Shown: positions 1-12,195 of the stretch, one piece after another
Numbering within the stretch: position 1 is the stretch's first letter
Layout: the number at the start of each line of letters is the position of its first letter
Assembly: GCF_963921235.1 (NCBI RefSeq)
Contig: NC_086097.1
Span: 64,792,001 to 64,856,000, forward strand
DNA from: Mobula hypostoma
Lineage: Eukaryota
Length of the DNA: 64,000 bases
Direction of reading: 5' to 3'
Notes under the pieces: generated by a model
Database searches by the model: none
What the model was told of the DNA's origin: nothing
What the model saw: only the letters and a program-made list of their open reading frames with translations
Program-made: the position numbers and the translations under genes

Positions 1-193
1 GAAAAAGAACCCAAAAGTAAAAGACCTGTAGTAATCTCTTGAACCTCACCCCAACTGTGGAGCATGGTGGTAGAAGAAGCATCATGGTTTGGGGCTACTT
101 TGCTGCCTCAGGGACTGGACAGCTTACAATCGTTAGGGGAACAATGAATTCAAAATTGTATCAAGATATTATACAGGAGAATGTCAGGGTAGC
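1..193 (+). mobile_element. Tc1/mariner transposase fragment with internal deletion
   Basis: Translation PTVEHGGRRSIMVWGYFAASGTGQL...MNSKLYQDIIQEN matches the Tc1 copy at 46740-46880 in this window. Bases 1-45 match about 46400-46447, so roughly 290 bp are deleted between the two matches. Confidence 0.85.
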
Positions 194-465
194 ATTCCGC
201 CCCATTCTCCTGCTTTCTCCTGGAACCTATTAATCTGTGCTTTAAATATACTCAATGACTTGGTCTCCACAGGTGTCCATAGCAATGATTTCCACAGATT
301 CACCATCCTCTGACTAAAGAAGTTCCTCTTTACCTCTGATCTAAAAGGACGTCCTTCTATTCTGAGACTGTGCCCCACTGGTCATAGACTCACTACTATA
401 GGAAGCATCCTCTCCGTGCCCACTCTACCTGGATATTTCAGTATTAATTTCAGTTTTAATGAGAT

Positions 466-1270
466 TCAGAATCAGATTTAATATCACCAGCAAATGTCGC
501 GAAATATGTTAACTTTACAGCAGCAGTACAATGAAATACATGATAAATATGGAGAAAAAAAACTGAATTAACACAGAACATAGAAATCTACAGCACATTA
601 TAGGCCCTTCGGCCCACAATGTTGTGCCGACCATGTACTTACTCTAGAAGCTGCCTAGAATTTCCCTAGTGCATAAACCTTTATTTTTCTAAGCTTCATA
701 TATCCAAGAGGCTCTTAAAAGACCTTATTGTACTCGCTTCCACCACTGCCGCCAGCAGTGCATTCCACGCACCCGTGTGAAAAACTTACCCGACATCCCC
801 TCAGTACCTATTTCCAAGCACTATACCCCCTCATGTTAGCCATTTCAGCCCTGGGAAAGCACCTCTGGCTATCCACACGATCAATGCCCCTCATCATCTT
901 ATACACCACTATCAGGCCACCACTCATCCTCTGTCGCTCCAAGGAGAAAAGGCCAAGTTCACTCAACCTATTCCCATAAGGTACACCCTCCAATCCAGGC
1001 AACATCCTTGTAAATCTCCCCTGCACTCTCTCTACAGTATCCACATCCTTCCTGTAGTGAGGTGACCAGAACTGAACGCAGTACTCCAAGGTCTTATAGA
1101 AGTACATACATGTCTGTTAGATTAAGTTAAAATAAATAGTGCAAAAAACGGTAAATAAAAAAGTAGTGAGGTAGTGTTCATGGATTCAGTGTCCATTTAG
1201 AAATCAGATCGCGAAGGGGAAGAAGATGTTCCTGAATCGCTGAGTGTGTGCCTTCATGCTTCTGTACCTT
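466..1270 (-). mobile_element. Rex1/Babar-type LINE 3' fragment (466-570 and about 1100-1270), split by a second CR1
   Basis: Tail cagaatcagatttaatatcacc...gcagcagtacaatg resembles the other Rex tails in the window (41608, 26585). The C-terminal KAHTQRFRNIFFPFAI matches the TNRFRDSFFHQAI-type end of the Rex ORF near 41040. Confidence 0.7.
571..1092 (-). mobile_element. CR1 LINE 3' fragment (same subfamily as 5800-9430)
   Basis: LEYCVQFWSPHYRKDVDTVERVQGRFTRMLPGL; the 3' UTR acagcacattataggcccttcggcccacaatg is the reverse complement of about 9375-9410. Confidence 0.88.
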
Positions 1271-1834
1271 CTTCTAAACTCCAGTGAGTACAGGATCAGA
1301 GCCATCAAACATTCCATATACTTCAACTCCTTCATTCCCAGAATCATTCTCGTGAACCCCTTCTGGACCCTCTCCAATGCCGGCCTTCCTTTCCTTAGAT
1401 AAGGGGCCCAAAACTGCTCACCATATTCCAAGTGTGGTTTGACCAATGCCTTATAAACATTCAGCATTACATTCATGCTTTTATATTCTAGTCCTCTCTA
1501 AATGAATGCAAACATTGCATTTGCCTTCTTTACTACCAACTCAACCTGCAAGTTAATCTTTAGGGAATCCTACACAAGGACTCCCAAATCCCTTTGTACC
1601 TCTGATTTTTGAACTTGCTTCCCATTTATTAAACAGTGTATGCTTTATTCCTTCTACTAAGCACTTCCCTACACTGTATTCCATCTGCCAATTCCTTGCC
1701 CATTTTCCTAATCTGCTCAAGTCCTTCTGCAGATTCCCTGCTTCCTCAACAATACACGCCCCTCCACCTATCTTTGCATCATCCGCAAACTTGGTCACAA
1801 AGCCGTCAATTCTGACATCCTGATTATTGACATA

Positions 1835-2401
1835 GACTCACTGGCCACTTCATTCCCTACTAACCTTGTGTAACCTTTGTTCCTACTAAAGTAGCTGCTC
1901 TGTGTACATTTGAGGTCCTCTGCTGCTGTATCCCATTCATTTAAGGTCACACACATTGTGAGTTCAGAGATACTCTTCTACACACCAATTTGTAGTGCAT
2001 GGTAAATGAGTTACTGTAGCCAACCTATCAGCTTGAACCAGTCTGGCCATTCTCCACTGACCTCTTTCACTAACAAGGCATCTTCACACTCAGAACTGCT
2101 GCACACTATGTTTAATTCTTTGCATCATTCTCTGTGAACACTAGAGATTGTTATGTGTAAAAATCCCAGCTCAGAAGATTCTGAAATGCTCAAATCACCC
2201 TATCTTACATCAACAATCATTCCATGGTCAAAGCCACGTAGTCACATTTCTTCCCCATTCTGATGTTTGGTCTAAACAACAAATGAACCTCTTCACCATG
2301 TCTGCAGGCTTTTATGCGCTGAGTTGCAGCCATATCATTGGCTGATTAGATATTTGCATTAATGAGATTACAAGTGTACCTAATAAAGTGGCCACTGAGG
2401 A
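1835..2401. mobile_element. Non-autonomous Tc1-like element (about 570 bp) inserted at a TA inside CR1
   Basis: Terminal inverted repeats actcactggccacttcatt and taataaagtggccactgag, with TA on both sides. The CR1 sequence rejoins across the insertion. Confidence 0.75.
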
Positions 2402-3835
2402 TATAATATGTAAAGAAGTGGTCCCAACACCAACACCTGCGGAACACCACTGGACACTGGCAGTCAAACAGAAAAGACCCCCTTTATTCTCCTGCCAGCC
2501 AATCTTCTAACCATGCAAGTATCTTTCCCATAGTATCACAGGCTATTTTCTTGTTATGCATGTGCATCACCTTGTCAAAGGCCTTTTGAAAATCCACACA
2601 AGCAACGTCTACTGACTTTCACTTGTTTATCCTACCTGTTATTTCCTCAAAGAATTCCAACAGATTTGTCAGCAAAATTTCCCCTTAAGGACACATTGCT
2701 GACTTCGGCCTATTTTATATTGGGCCTCCATGTACATTGACCCCTCATCCTTAATAATGGAATTGAACACCTTCCTTGATTTTTGCCTCCCCCTCCATCT
2801 TAAAGAGCAGAGCGACATTGCCAATTTCTCAGTCCTCTGGAACCATTAAAAGATTACTGCTAATGTCTTCAGCTACCTCTTTTAGAATCCTGGGGTGTAG
2901 ACCATATGGTCCAGATGACTTATCTACCTTCAGACTTTTCAGCATCCCAAGCACCTTCATCTTTATAATAGCGACTAATCACATCTGCCCAACATTCTCG
3001 AATTTCTGGCATGTTGCTGGTGTCATCCACAGGGAATACTAATGCAAAATGTGTATTCATTCATTGCCATTTCTCCCTCTCCAGTGTCATTTTTCAGTAG
3101 TCAAATGCCCACTTGCCTCTTTTACTCTTTGTATATCTGAATAAAATCTTTCTGTACCCTCTTACATTATTAACTAACTTACCTTCATATTTCATTTTTT
3201 CTCTCTTTATTGCTTTATTAGTTGCCCTCTGTTGGTTGGCAAAAGTTTTCCAATCCTCTAGCTTCCCATTAATTTTTGCTATATTGTATGCTTTTGCTCT
3301 TATGCTCTTTTAGACTTGCCTTGTCAGCCAGTTGCCTCATCCTCCCTTGAGAACGCTTTTTTTATTGTGACGAACTGATCCTGTGTCATCCGAATTTATT
3401 TCAGATGTCTAGTATCTGGAGTTTGTTCTAGTTGCAATGTTGCAAATGAAGCAATTAATTTCTATACAAGGTTTCAACAGGAGAAAATTCACCAGCTAAT
3501 CTGAAAGTTATTGACACATACTACTAACTCAATGTTACTAATCTATACTTCTAATAAATACTGTCTTAAATTAACAAACACTATCCAGGTCATCAGAAAC
3601 TCCCAGCTAGTAAGAAGCTGTGCCAAATTTGCACATCCACCGGAATGTATCCTTCAGTTTTACCTACATAAAATGGCATTATTTGGCAATCAGTATTTCT
3701 TGAAAACTGAACCAGAGACATTATCAAGAACAATTTCATCAAATTACAAGTGATTTTTAAATGTGGATAATTTTGGATCAACATTACTTGATATTATTTT
3801 CTAAAAACAAGTGGAACGTGTACCACACATACAAA

Positions 3836-3935
3836 ACAACACACACAAAATGCTGCAGGAACTCAGCAGGTCAGACAGCATCTATGGAAATGAATAAACT
3901 GTTGATGGTCATGCCGAGACCCTTCTTGGAACTCA
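3836..3935 (-). repeat. Penelope-like element 3' tail fragment with degraded hammerhead motif
   Basis: acacacaaaatgctgcaggaactcagcaggtcagacagcatctatgg...ccgagacccttc is homologous to 11800-11895. Confidence 0.75.
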
Positions 3936-4339
3936 ACTAAGTCAAGTGGCATCTGCTGAATCTCTTGCGTCTATCAAGTGGAACATGAAGAAGGATTTAC
4001 CTGTATTTAAAAAAATTGTTGAAACTACTTACAGTATATGAAATGCTGCAAACTTGTATTGGTGAATGAGCATTGAAAACTCATCGTTTTAAAATGATAA
4101 ATATTTCTTTCTCCAGGAAATGCAACCAGACACAGAATACTTCTAGAAATAACCTACACCTCATTATATTTATAAAACATTTTAATGCTTAAAAAAAGCA
4201 GGAAAGAGAAAATTGGAAACGAGAGCATAGCTTCATAGATAAGACCTTATTTTCATTTTAGATTCCAGCACTCACGTCGTGTTGTTCAATCTAACCCAGA
4301 GCAAATGTATGCTTTGGACACTTCACTAACCGTAAATTA

Positions 4340-4557
4340 GGAACAAAGAAAAACAAGCTACTAGAGGTACTCAGCAGGTAAAGTAGCATCTGTGGGGATA
4401 GAAGGATGCTTGATATTTCGGATTGAGACCCTGCATTAGGATGAGTGTCTCGATGCAAGCTCTACACCTGAAACATCAATGGATCTTTTGCTGCCACATA
4501 TGCTGCCTGACCAGCTGAGGTGGACCAGAAATATTGTTTTAATTTGCTCCAGATTTT
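4340..4557. mobile_element. Small foldback element made of two opposed Penelope tails
   Basis: Left arm ctcagcaggtaaagtagcatctgtgg...tttcggattgagaccctgcattagg. Right arm ctcgatgcaagctctacacctgaaacatcaa...ccacatatgctgcctgaccagctgag is its degraded reverse complement. Confidence 0.65.
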
Positions 4558-4639
4558 GTACACTCCGTTAGTAATCAAGAAGTTTAAGACTATTTTTAAA
4601 AAAAAACATCAATGAACACTTAACAGCAGGGCTACGGTA

Positions 4640-5110
4640 AATACGCCTGAAATCATTTCTCCACAGCCAGCAGACTTTCTCTACAGATGGCTGAATGCAC
4701 AAATCTCGAAAACCTCGGACTCGGGAATTTAATTCCCGTTCTACCTAATTCAGAGGATCGTTTTCAGGCCCATTTTCAAACCGCGACATTTCTTGCTATC
4801 CCAACGGACAGTGAGTGCCTGGGAAGCGCCGTTACCCCACACGCAGGCTCGTCCCTGGCCCACATAACCGAAACTTCAGCCGGCTTCTCAATTCAGAGAC
4901 GGAGAAAACAAGGTGCCGGCCACAGACCTGCTCGTGAAATCGGACGAGCGAACTGAACACGGCGCGCACACTCTCGCCCACCTCACCGACCGCCCGAAGA
5001 AGCGCGCACTGCCTCCCCGCCGGCGCCGCCATGACACAGGGTGAACAGCCCCATAATGCGCCACTGCAGCGGGTCAGCCCCACATTGAGCAGCAGAGGCT
5101 CTGTCACACC
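4640..5110 (-). promoter_or_regulatory. CpG-rich island over a promoter/first exon
   Basis: Local high GC and many CpGs (ggcgcgcaca, agcgcgcact, cgccggcgccgcc) in non-repeat sequence, in a window where CpG is otherwise depleted outside young TEs. Confidence 0.7.
4928..5032 (-). CDS. First coding exon of a host gene, 35 aa MAAPAGRQCALLRAVGEVGESVRAVFSSLVRFHEQ; tentatively MBIP-like
   Basis: ATG in gtcATGG context inside the CpG island, an MAA start, 105 nt, then a phase-0 donor CAG|gtctgt. Weak resemblance, from memory and unsearched, to the human MBIP N-terminus ...EVLYEIFRSLHTLVGQ. Confidence 0.55.
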
Positions 5111-5799
5111 TCTTTGCAGACTAAGGGAAAAATGTCATTTAACCCAGAATGATTAATATATAACCACCGTTACTTCAGTTCAATACGTAACACCTTTTGA
5201 TTCAGACACGGCATTTCTAACAGACAGTTCGCTTGGGCAAAACGTTGGAGCTCGTACCAAGAGAAACGTTACCACAAAGGCTGTGCAGCACCGCCTTGTT
5301 ATCAACAATTAAATGCTTATCTGACCAAAATCCAACAGTGTCGACTATAGCCTGTGATACATTGTTGATACATGACTTCCACTTGGTGCCACTGCCTCCG
5401 GGAACAAATGTCCTGTTTATAAATAAATTTCTTGCTTACGGAAGCGACAGCAACACGAATGAGGTGTTACGGGGTTCATTATATCGCTGCTTTGAGGGGG
5501 CAGCAAAACAGGGATCTTGTTGGAAGAATACAAGTATGACTGATGTGATGACAGTGGGCAGTGAATTGTTTTAGGCTTCCTGAATTTGAAACAGAGTAAA
5601 ATTAGTCAAGTAGAAAAAAGGAAAATTATGTTATAATCAATCATCAAAAATCTGGGACATGAGCATGGCCTATCAGTGGTGTCAATGGAGTTTTACCAAG
5701 AGCGATTTCTTGCAGGTCTGCGGTGGTTATTTAAAAAAGGGAGCTTTGAGAACGTTTGACCATTGTACATGGCCTAACAGCGGCTATAACCGGAGCACC

Positions 5800-8700
5800 A
5801 GTCGTGAGTTAGATAGCAGGGAAAAATTCAGGCATAAAAGAGAGACACTGCCTGGGGGCAGCAAGAGTGGTCGTGCCTCTGGCAGGGAGTCTGGCCCTAT
5901 GACTCAGAAGGGTAGGGAAAGGAAGAAGGCAGCAGTACCCTATAGTTAGGGGGTCAGACAGGTGATTCTGTGGACGCAGGAAAGAAACATGGATGATAGA
6001 TTACCTCCCAGGTGCCAGGTCCAGGATGTCTCTGATCGCATCCACGATATCCTGAAGTGGAAAGTTGAACAGCTAGAGGTCATGGTAGATATTGGTATCA
6101 ACGACAAAGGTAGGAAAAGGAAGGAGGTCCTGAAAACAGACTACAGGGAGTTAGGAAGGAAGTTGAGAAGCAGGACCTCAAAGGTAGTAATCTTGGGATT
6201 GCTGCCTGTGCCACACAACAATGAGCATAGGAATAGAGTGAGGTGGAGGATAAATGTGTGGCTGAAGGATTAGAGCAGGACGCAGGGATTCAGATTTCTG
6301 GATCATTGGGACCTCTTTTGGGACAACTGTGACCTGTACAAAAAGGATGGGTTGCACTTGAATCTGGGAGGGACCAATATCCTGGTAGGGAGGTTTGCAA
6401 AGGCTATCGGGGAGAGTTTAAATTAGAATTGCTGGGGAGTGGGATCCGAACTGAAGAGACAGAGAAAGGGGGGGTTGGCTCACAAATAGAGAAAGCAAGT
6501 AGACAGTGCGAGAGGGAGGATAGGCAGCTGATAGAGAAGGGATACGCTCAAACCGATGGTTTGAGATGTGTCTATTTTAATGCAAGGAGTATTATGAACA
6601 AAGCGGATGAGCTGAGAGCATGGATCAGTACTTGGAGCTATGATGTTGTAGCCATTACAGAGACTTGGATGGCTCAGGGGCAGGAATGGTTACTTCGAGT
6701 GCCAGGTTTTAGATGTTTCAGGAAGGACAGGGAGGGAGGCAAAAGAGGTGGGGGCATGGCACTGCTGATCAGAGATAATGTCATGGCTTCAGAAAAGGAG
6801 GAAGTCATGGAGGGATTGTCTACTGAGTCTTTGTGGGTGGATATTAGAAACAGGAAGGGGTCAATAACTCTACTGGGTGTTTTTTTATAGACCACCCAAT
6901 AGTAACAGGGACATCGAGGAGCAGATAGGGATACAGATTCTGGAAAGGTGTAAAAATAACAGGGTTGTCGTGGTGGCAGATATTAATTTCCCAAATATTG
7001 ATTGGCATCTTCCTGGAGCAAGGGGTTTAGATGGGGTGGAGTTTGTAAGGTGTGTTCAGGAAGGCTTTCCGACACAATATGTAGACAGGCCAACAAGAGG
7101 AGAAGCTGTACTTGATCTCGTATTGGGAAATGAACCTGGTTAGGTGCCAGGTCTCACAGTGGGCGAGCATTTTGAAGATAATGATCACAATTCTATCTCC
7201 TTTACCATAGCATTGGATGGGGATAGGAACAGACAAGTTAGAAAAGCGTTTAATTGGGGTAAAGGGAAATATGAAGCTATCAGGCAGGAACTTGGAAGTA
7301 TAAATTGGGTCAGATGTTCTCACGGAAACGTGTGGCAGAAATGTGGCAAATGTTCAGGGAATATTTGTGTGGTGTTCTGCATAGGTATGCTTCAATGAGA
7401 CAGGGAAAGGATGGTAGGGTACAGGAACCGTGATGTACAAAGGCTGTTGAAAATCAAGTCAAGAAGAAAAGAAAAGCTTATGAAAGGTTCAAAAGACTAG
7501 ATAATGATAGAGATCTAGAAGATTATAAGGCTAGCAGGAAGGAGCTTAAGAATGAAATTAGGAGAGCCAGAAGGGGCCATGAGAAGGCCTTTGGCGAGCA
7601 GGATTAAAGAAGAACCCAAGGCATTCTACAAGTATGTGAAGAGCAAGAGGATAAGGTGTGAGAGAATAGGACCAATCAGATATGTCAGTGGAAAAATGTG
7701 TATGGAACCAGAGGAGATAGCAGAGGTACTTAATGAATACTAGCTTCAGTATTCACTACGGAAAAGGATCTTGGTGATTGTAGGGATGACTTACAGTGAG
7801 TTGAAAAGCTTGAGCATATAGGCATTAAGCAAGAGGATGTGCTGGAGCTTTTGGAATGCATCAAGTTGGATAAGTCTCTGGGACCAGATGAGAGGTGCGC
7901 CAAGCTACTGTGGGAGGCGAGGGAGGAGATTGCTGAGCCTCTGGCAATGATCTTTGCATCATCAACGGGGAAGGGAGAGGTTCCGGAGGATTGGAGGATT
8001 GCAGTTGTTGTTCCCTTATTCAAGAAAGGGAGTAGAGATAGCCCAGGAAGTTATAGACCAGTGAGTCTTACTTCAGTGGTTGGTAAGTTGATGGAAAAGA
8101 TCCTGAGAGGCAGGATTTATGAACATTTGGAGAGGCATAATATGATTAGGAAGTCAGCATGGCTTTGTCAAAGGCAGGTCGTGCCTCACAAGCCTGATTG
8201 AATTTTTTGAGGATGTGACTAAACACATTGATGAAGGTAGAGCAGTAGATGTAGTGTATATGGATTTCAGCAAGGCATTTGATAAGGTACCCTATGCAAG
8301 GCTTATTGAGAAAGTACAGAGGCATGGGATCCAAGAGAACCTTGCTTTGTGGATCCAGAATTGGCTTGCCCACAGAAGGCAAAGAGTGGTTGAAGACGGG
8401 TCATATTCTGCATGGAGGTCGGTGACCAGTGGTGTGCCTCAAGGATCTGTTCTGGGACCCCTTCTCTTCGTGATTTTTATAAATGACCTGGATGAGGAAG
8501 TGGAGGGATGAGTTAGTAAATTTGCTGGTGACACAAAGTTTGGGGGTGTTGTGGATAGTGTGGAGGGTTGTCAGAGGTTACAGTGGGACATCGATAGGAT
8601 ACAAAACTGGGCTGAGAAGTGGTAGATGGAGTTCAACCCATATAAGTGTGAAGTGGTTTATTTTGGTAGGTCAAATATGATGGCAGAATATATTATTAAT

Positions 8701-9430
8701 GGTAAGACTGTTGGCAGTGTGGAGGATCAGAGGAATCTTGGGGTCTGAGTCCATAGGACACTCAAAGCTGCTGAGCAGGTTGACTCCGTGGTTTAAGGCG
8801 GCATAAGGTGCATTGGTCTTCATCAACCATGGGATTCAGTTTAAGAGCCGAGAGGTAATGTTACAGCTATATAGCACCCTGGTCAGACCCCACGAGGAAT
8901 ACTGTGCCCAGTTTTGTCACCTCACTGCATGAAGGATGTGGAAACTATAGAAAGGGTGCAGAGGAGATTTACAAGGATGATGCCTGGATTGGGGAACATG
9001 CCTTATGAGAATAGGTTGAGTGAACTCGGCCTTTTCTCCTTGGAGTGACGGAGGATGAGAGGTGACCTGATAGAGGTGTATAAGATGATGAGAGTCGTTG
9101 ATCGTGTGGATAGTCAGAGGCTTTTTCCCAGGGCTGAAATGGTTAACACAAGAGGGCACAGTTTTAAGGTGCTTGGAAGTAGGTACAGAGAAGATGTCAG
9201 CGTTAAGTTTTTTATGCAGAGAGTGGTGAGTGTATGGAATGGACTGCCGGCAATGATGGTGGAGGCAGATACGATAGGGTCTTCTAAGAGACTCCTGGAT
9301 AGGTACATGGAGCTTAGAAAAGTAGAGGGCTATGGGTAAGCCTAGGTAATTTCTAAAGTAAGTACATGTTCAGCACAGCATTGTGGGCCAAAGGGCCTGT
9401 ATTGTGCTGTAGGTTTTCTAAGTTTCTATC
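5800..9430 (+). mobile_element. Near full-length CR1 LINE (ORF1 esterase region, ORF2 APE-RT, 3' UTR)
   Basis: ORF1 has SGNH-esterase-like motifs (DIGINDKG, DLYKKDGLHLN). ORF2 has [52 protein letters not shown] and [13 protein letters not shown]. The tail is ttttctaagtttcta. Confidence 0.95.
6550..9339 (+). pseudogene. CR1 ORF2 (AP endonuclease + reverse transcriptase), disrupted
   Basis: A colinear series of ORF fragments from 6429 to 9339 with several stops and frameshifts. The catalytic FADD has changed to FAGD at about 8521. Confidence 0.9.
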
Positions 9431-9825
9431 ATTACAGGAGATACTTAGAACAGTGTCCTAGGTCCTGCTGTCTCTGGCTTCTTCATTAATGATCTTCCTT
9501 TGATAACAAGTTGTAAAGATTGTAATGACTACACAATTTTGGTTACAAAACTTCAACAACTGTAAGCAGCAAGAACTGGATAAAAATTCAGGTATGGACA
9601 GATAAAAGGTAAGTAATGTTTGTGCCAGACGGTAGCAAAAAAGAGTGTAATGACATTGAGTGGTATTCCACTCTCAGTATTCTGGGGATACACCATTAAT
9701 CAGATATTCGGCTAAACCAGACTTTAGCTGAGTCCAAATTAGAGGGCAGCTCTGCAGACGCTGAACAAAGATAAAGGAGCCTGATTCTTGGTACCCCATC
9801 CACCCAAAACATTCATTCTCTTCAC

Positions 9826-10170
9826 CAACACAAAATGCTAGATGAAGTCAGCAAATCAGGCAGCATTTATGGAAGGGAGTAAACAGTCAACATTCCGGGC
9901 TGGGGGGGTGAGTGTAGAGGTGACAGAGTACAAGCTGGCAAGTGATAGGAGAATCCAGGAGAGAGGGAAGGTAGGGGAGGGGGGAATGAAGTGAGGATAT
10001 TGGGAAAAGGCTGAAGAAGAAGGAATCTAGTAATAGAGGACAGTGCACCATGGGAGAAAGGAAAGGAGGAATGGCAACAGAGGTGATGGGTGTGTGAGGA
10101 GAAAGAAGAAGTGAAAGGGAAGCCAGAATAGGGAGTGGAAAAATAGAGAAGAGGAGTAGACTGAGGGCAT
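9826..10170 (-). repeat. Penelope-like 3' region fragment
   Basis: aacacaaaatgctagatgaagtcagc...gcagcatttatgg followed by a purine-rich tract homologous to 11800-12190. Confidence 0.65.
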
Positions 10171-10435
10171 AGTGGACATAAATAGGCATACAGTTATTCC
10201 TCTGTGGGTTCCACATATTCCACATGTGAACTGTCCATGGTATGTTAGCAATGTATCAGGATGAAGGCACTGTAAAAGCAGAGGATATAAGACGGAAGAA
10301 CCTTTATTCAAAGTGGATATCATACAACTGAGTGCATGGTATCTGGTAATGTATCAAATATAATTAGATGACAAGTTACTGCTGTTAGAAGAGTTATAAA
10401 TCCCCATGTTAAGTGTACACAAATGGTCCAGAATA

Positions 10436-10925
10436 AGTCAAAGTCTAAGTAAATTTATTATCAAAGTACCTACATGTCACCATATACTACTCTGAGGCTT
10501 GTTTTCTTGCAGTTATTCACAGTAGAACAAAGAAATACAATAAATGAAAAGCTACACACATAGAGACTGACAAACAATCAATGTGCAAAGGAAGATAAAC
10601 TGAAAGGACAAAAATAATTCTAATAATCAATGAATAAGTAAATAAATAATGCTAACATGAGATGCGGAGTCCTTGAAAGTGAGGCTGTAAGTTGTGGAAT
10701 AAGTTAGGTGTTGAGGTGAATGAAGTTATCTATGCTGGTTCAGGAGCCTGATGGTTGAAGGGTAATAACTGTTCCTGAACCTGGTGATGAGGAACCTCCC
10801 TGATACTGGCAGGAAGAAGAGAGCATGGCTTGGATGGTGGGGGTCCTTGATGATGAAGCCTACTTTTTTGTGGCTGCACTCCTTACAGATGAGCTCAGTG
10901 GTGGAAAGGGTTTTTCTTGTGGTAA
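10436..10925 (-). mobile_element. Rex1/Babar LINE 3' part; continues after the Gypsy at 17351-17392 and 17825-18150
   Basis: IIKDPHHPSHALFFLPVSGR...TRFRNSYYPSTIRLLN. Colinear with the Rex copy at 31620-32790. Confidence 0.8.
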
Positions 10926-11863
10926 ACCACTTTTTGTATGCTTTTCCATTCTTGGGTATTTCAGTAATGTTATAAATATGTTGTTTGATTATGCGGTCTT
11001 TGTTTAAATAATTCATTACAGGTTGTATGTAAAGGTACATGAGTAGCATATATCATTACACCACCACATCATAAGTGCATGCCTCACTAAAGTTAAAAAA
11101 TGAAACTGCACGTTATTCCTCGGTCCATGTTATTCTTTCAAATAGTTTTAGGTTCTGGAATTAGAAAACATGACAGTGGTAATGAGAAAGTTTTAAATGA
11201 ACCCGAGACAACTACCTACCTGTTTAAGCACAGTGAGACATTTGATCTTTTTAAAAATAGCAGAATGTATTCTTGGAAGGGAAGAGACGATCAAGTTAAA
11301 AAAGTCAGAAAACAGATGAAAATCACGGGTTCATAAACAGTGCATACCAGGTGATAATAAATAAATAAATAAGCAGAAATGCCTGGCTATGTCAGAAAGA
11401 TAGACATATTTGATTGCACAAGAAATAACTGGTTAAGGTATACTGAATGAATTCAGCCGTACTTTGTAGCAAATGAAATAGTCACTGCAAAGCAAATGCC
11501 AATTTTGCTGAGTGTAATAGGTGGAAGAGCATGTAGTTTGCTTGGAAGTTTAACTGCTTCAACCAAACCAGCCGAAATGAGCTTTTCTGATATCATGAAA
11601 GTAACGCTGGAACATTTAGAACCAAAACCATTGTTGATTGCACAACACTTTAGGCGTCATAACCAGAATCAAAATGAAGGGGAGTCCATTTCACTGTACG
11701 TGGCTGAATTGAAGACTTTGCCTGAGCATTGTCAGTTCAATGATGGGCTTAATGATGCACTGAGAGATCAACAGGAATTCTGCAGATGCTGGAAATTCAA
11801 GCAACACACATCAAAGTTGCTGGTGAACGCAGCAGGCCAGGCAGCATCTGTAGGAAGAGCTGC

Positions 11864-11899
11864 AGTCGACGTTTCAGGCCGAGACCCTTTGTCAGGACT
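11864..11899 (-). ncRNA. Hammerhead motif, left arm, core mutated (CUGACAA)
   Basis: Reverse complement is agtc-CTGACAA-agggtctcggcct-GAAA-c-GTC-gact. Position 11890 changes the conserved G8 to A. Confidence 0.7.
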
Positions 11900-12195
11900 A
11901 ACTGAAGGAAGAGTGAGTAAGGGATTTGAAAGTTGGAGGGGGAGGGGGAGATCCAAAATGATAGGAGAAGACAGGAGGGGGAGGGATAGAGCCAAGAGCT
12001 GGACAGGTGATTGGCAAAAGGGATACGAGAGGATCATGGGACAGGAGGTCCGGGAAGAAAGACAAGGAGGTGGGGGGGACCTAGAGGATGGGCAAGAGGT
12101 ATATTCGGAGGGACAGAGGGAGAAAAAGGAGAGTGAGAGAAAGAATGTGTGCATAAAAATAAGTAACAGATGGGGTACGAGGGGGAGGTGGGGCC

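Larger units (their letters stand above)
194..3395 (-). mobile_element. CR1 LINE, ORF2 RT and 3' end, decayed and interrupted by nested insertions
   Basis: Minus-strand translations include KFADDAKIGG, YKALVKPHLEYGEQFWAPYLRK and GHSLRIEGRPFRSEVKRNFFSQRMVNLW. Segments are about 194-465, 1271-1834 and 2402-3395. Confidence 0.9.

Noticed and set aside
4033..4153. Possible minus-strand exon 2 (open phase-0 frame VISRSILCLVAF..., donor GTAAGT at 4032)
   Set aside because: The acceptor lacks a polypyrimidine tract and the peptide is not recognisable. It needs RNA-seq support.
5233..5574. 113-aa plus-strand ORF near the promoter as a divergent gene
   Set aside because: Non-ATG start, no recognisable domain and no clear splice donor. 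A single CGGAAG motif is not enough evidence.
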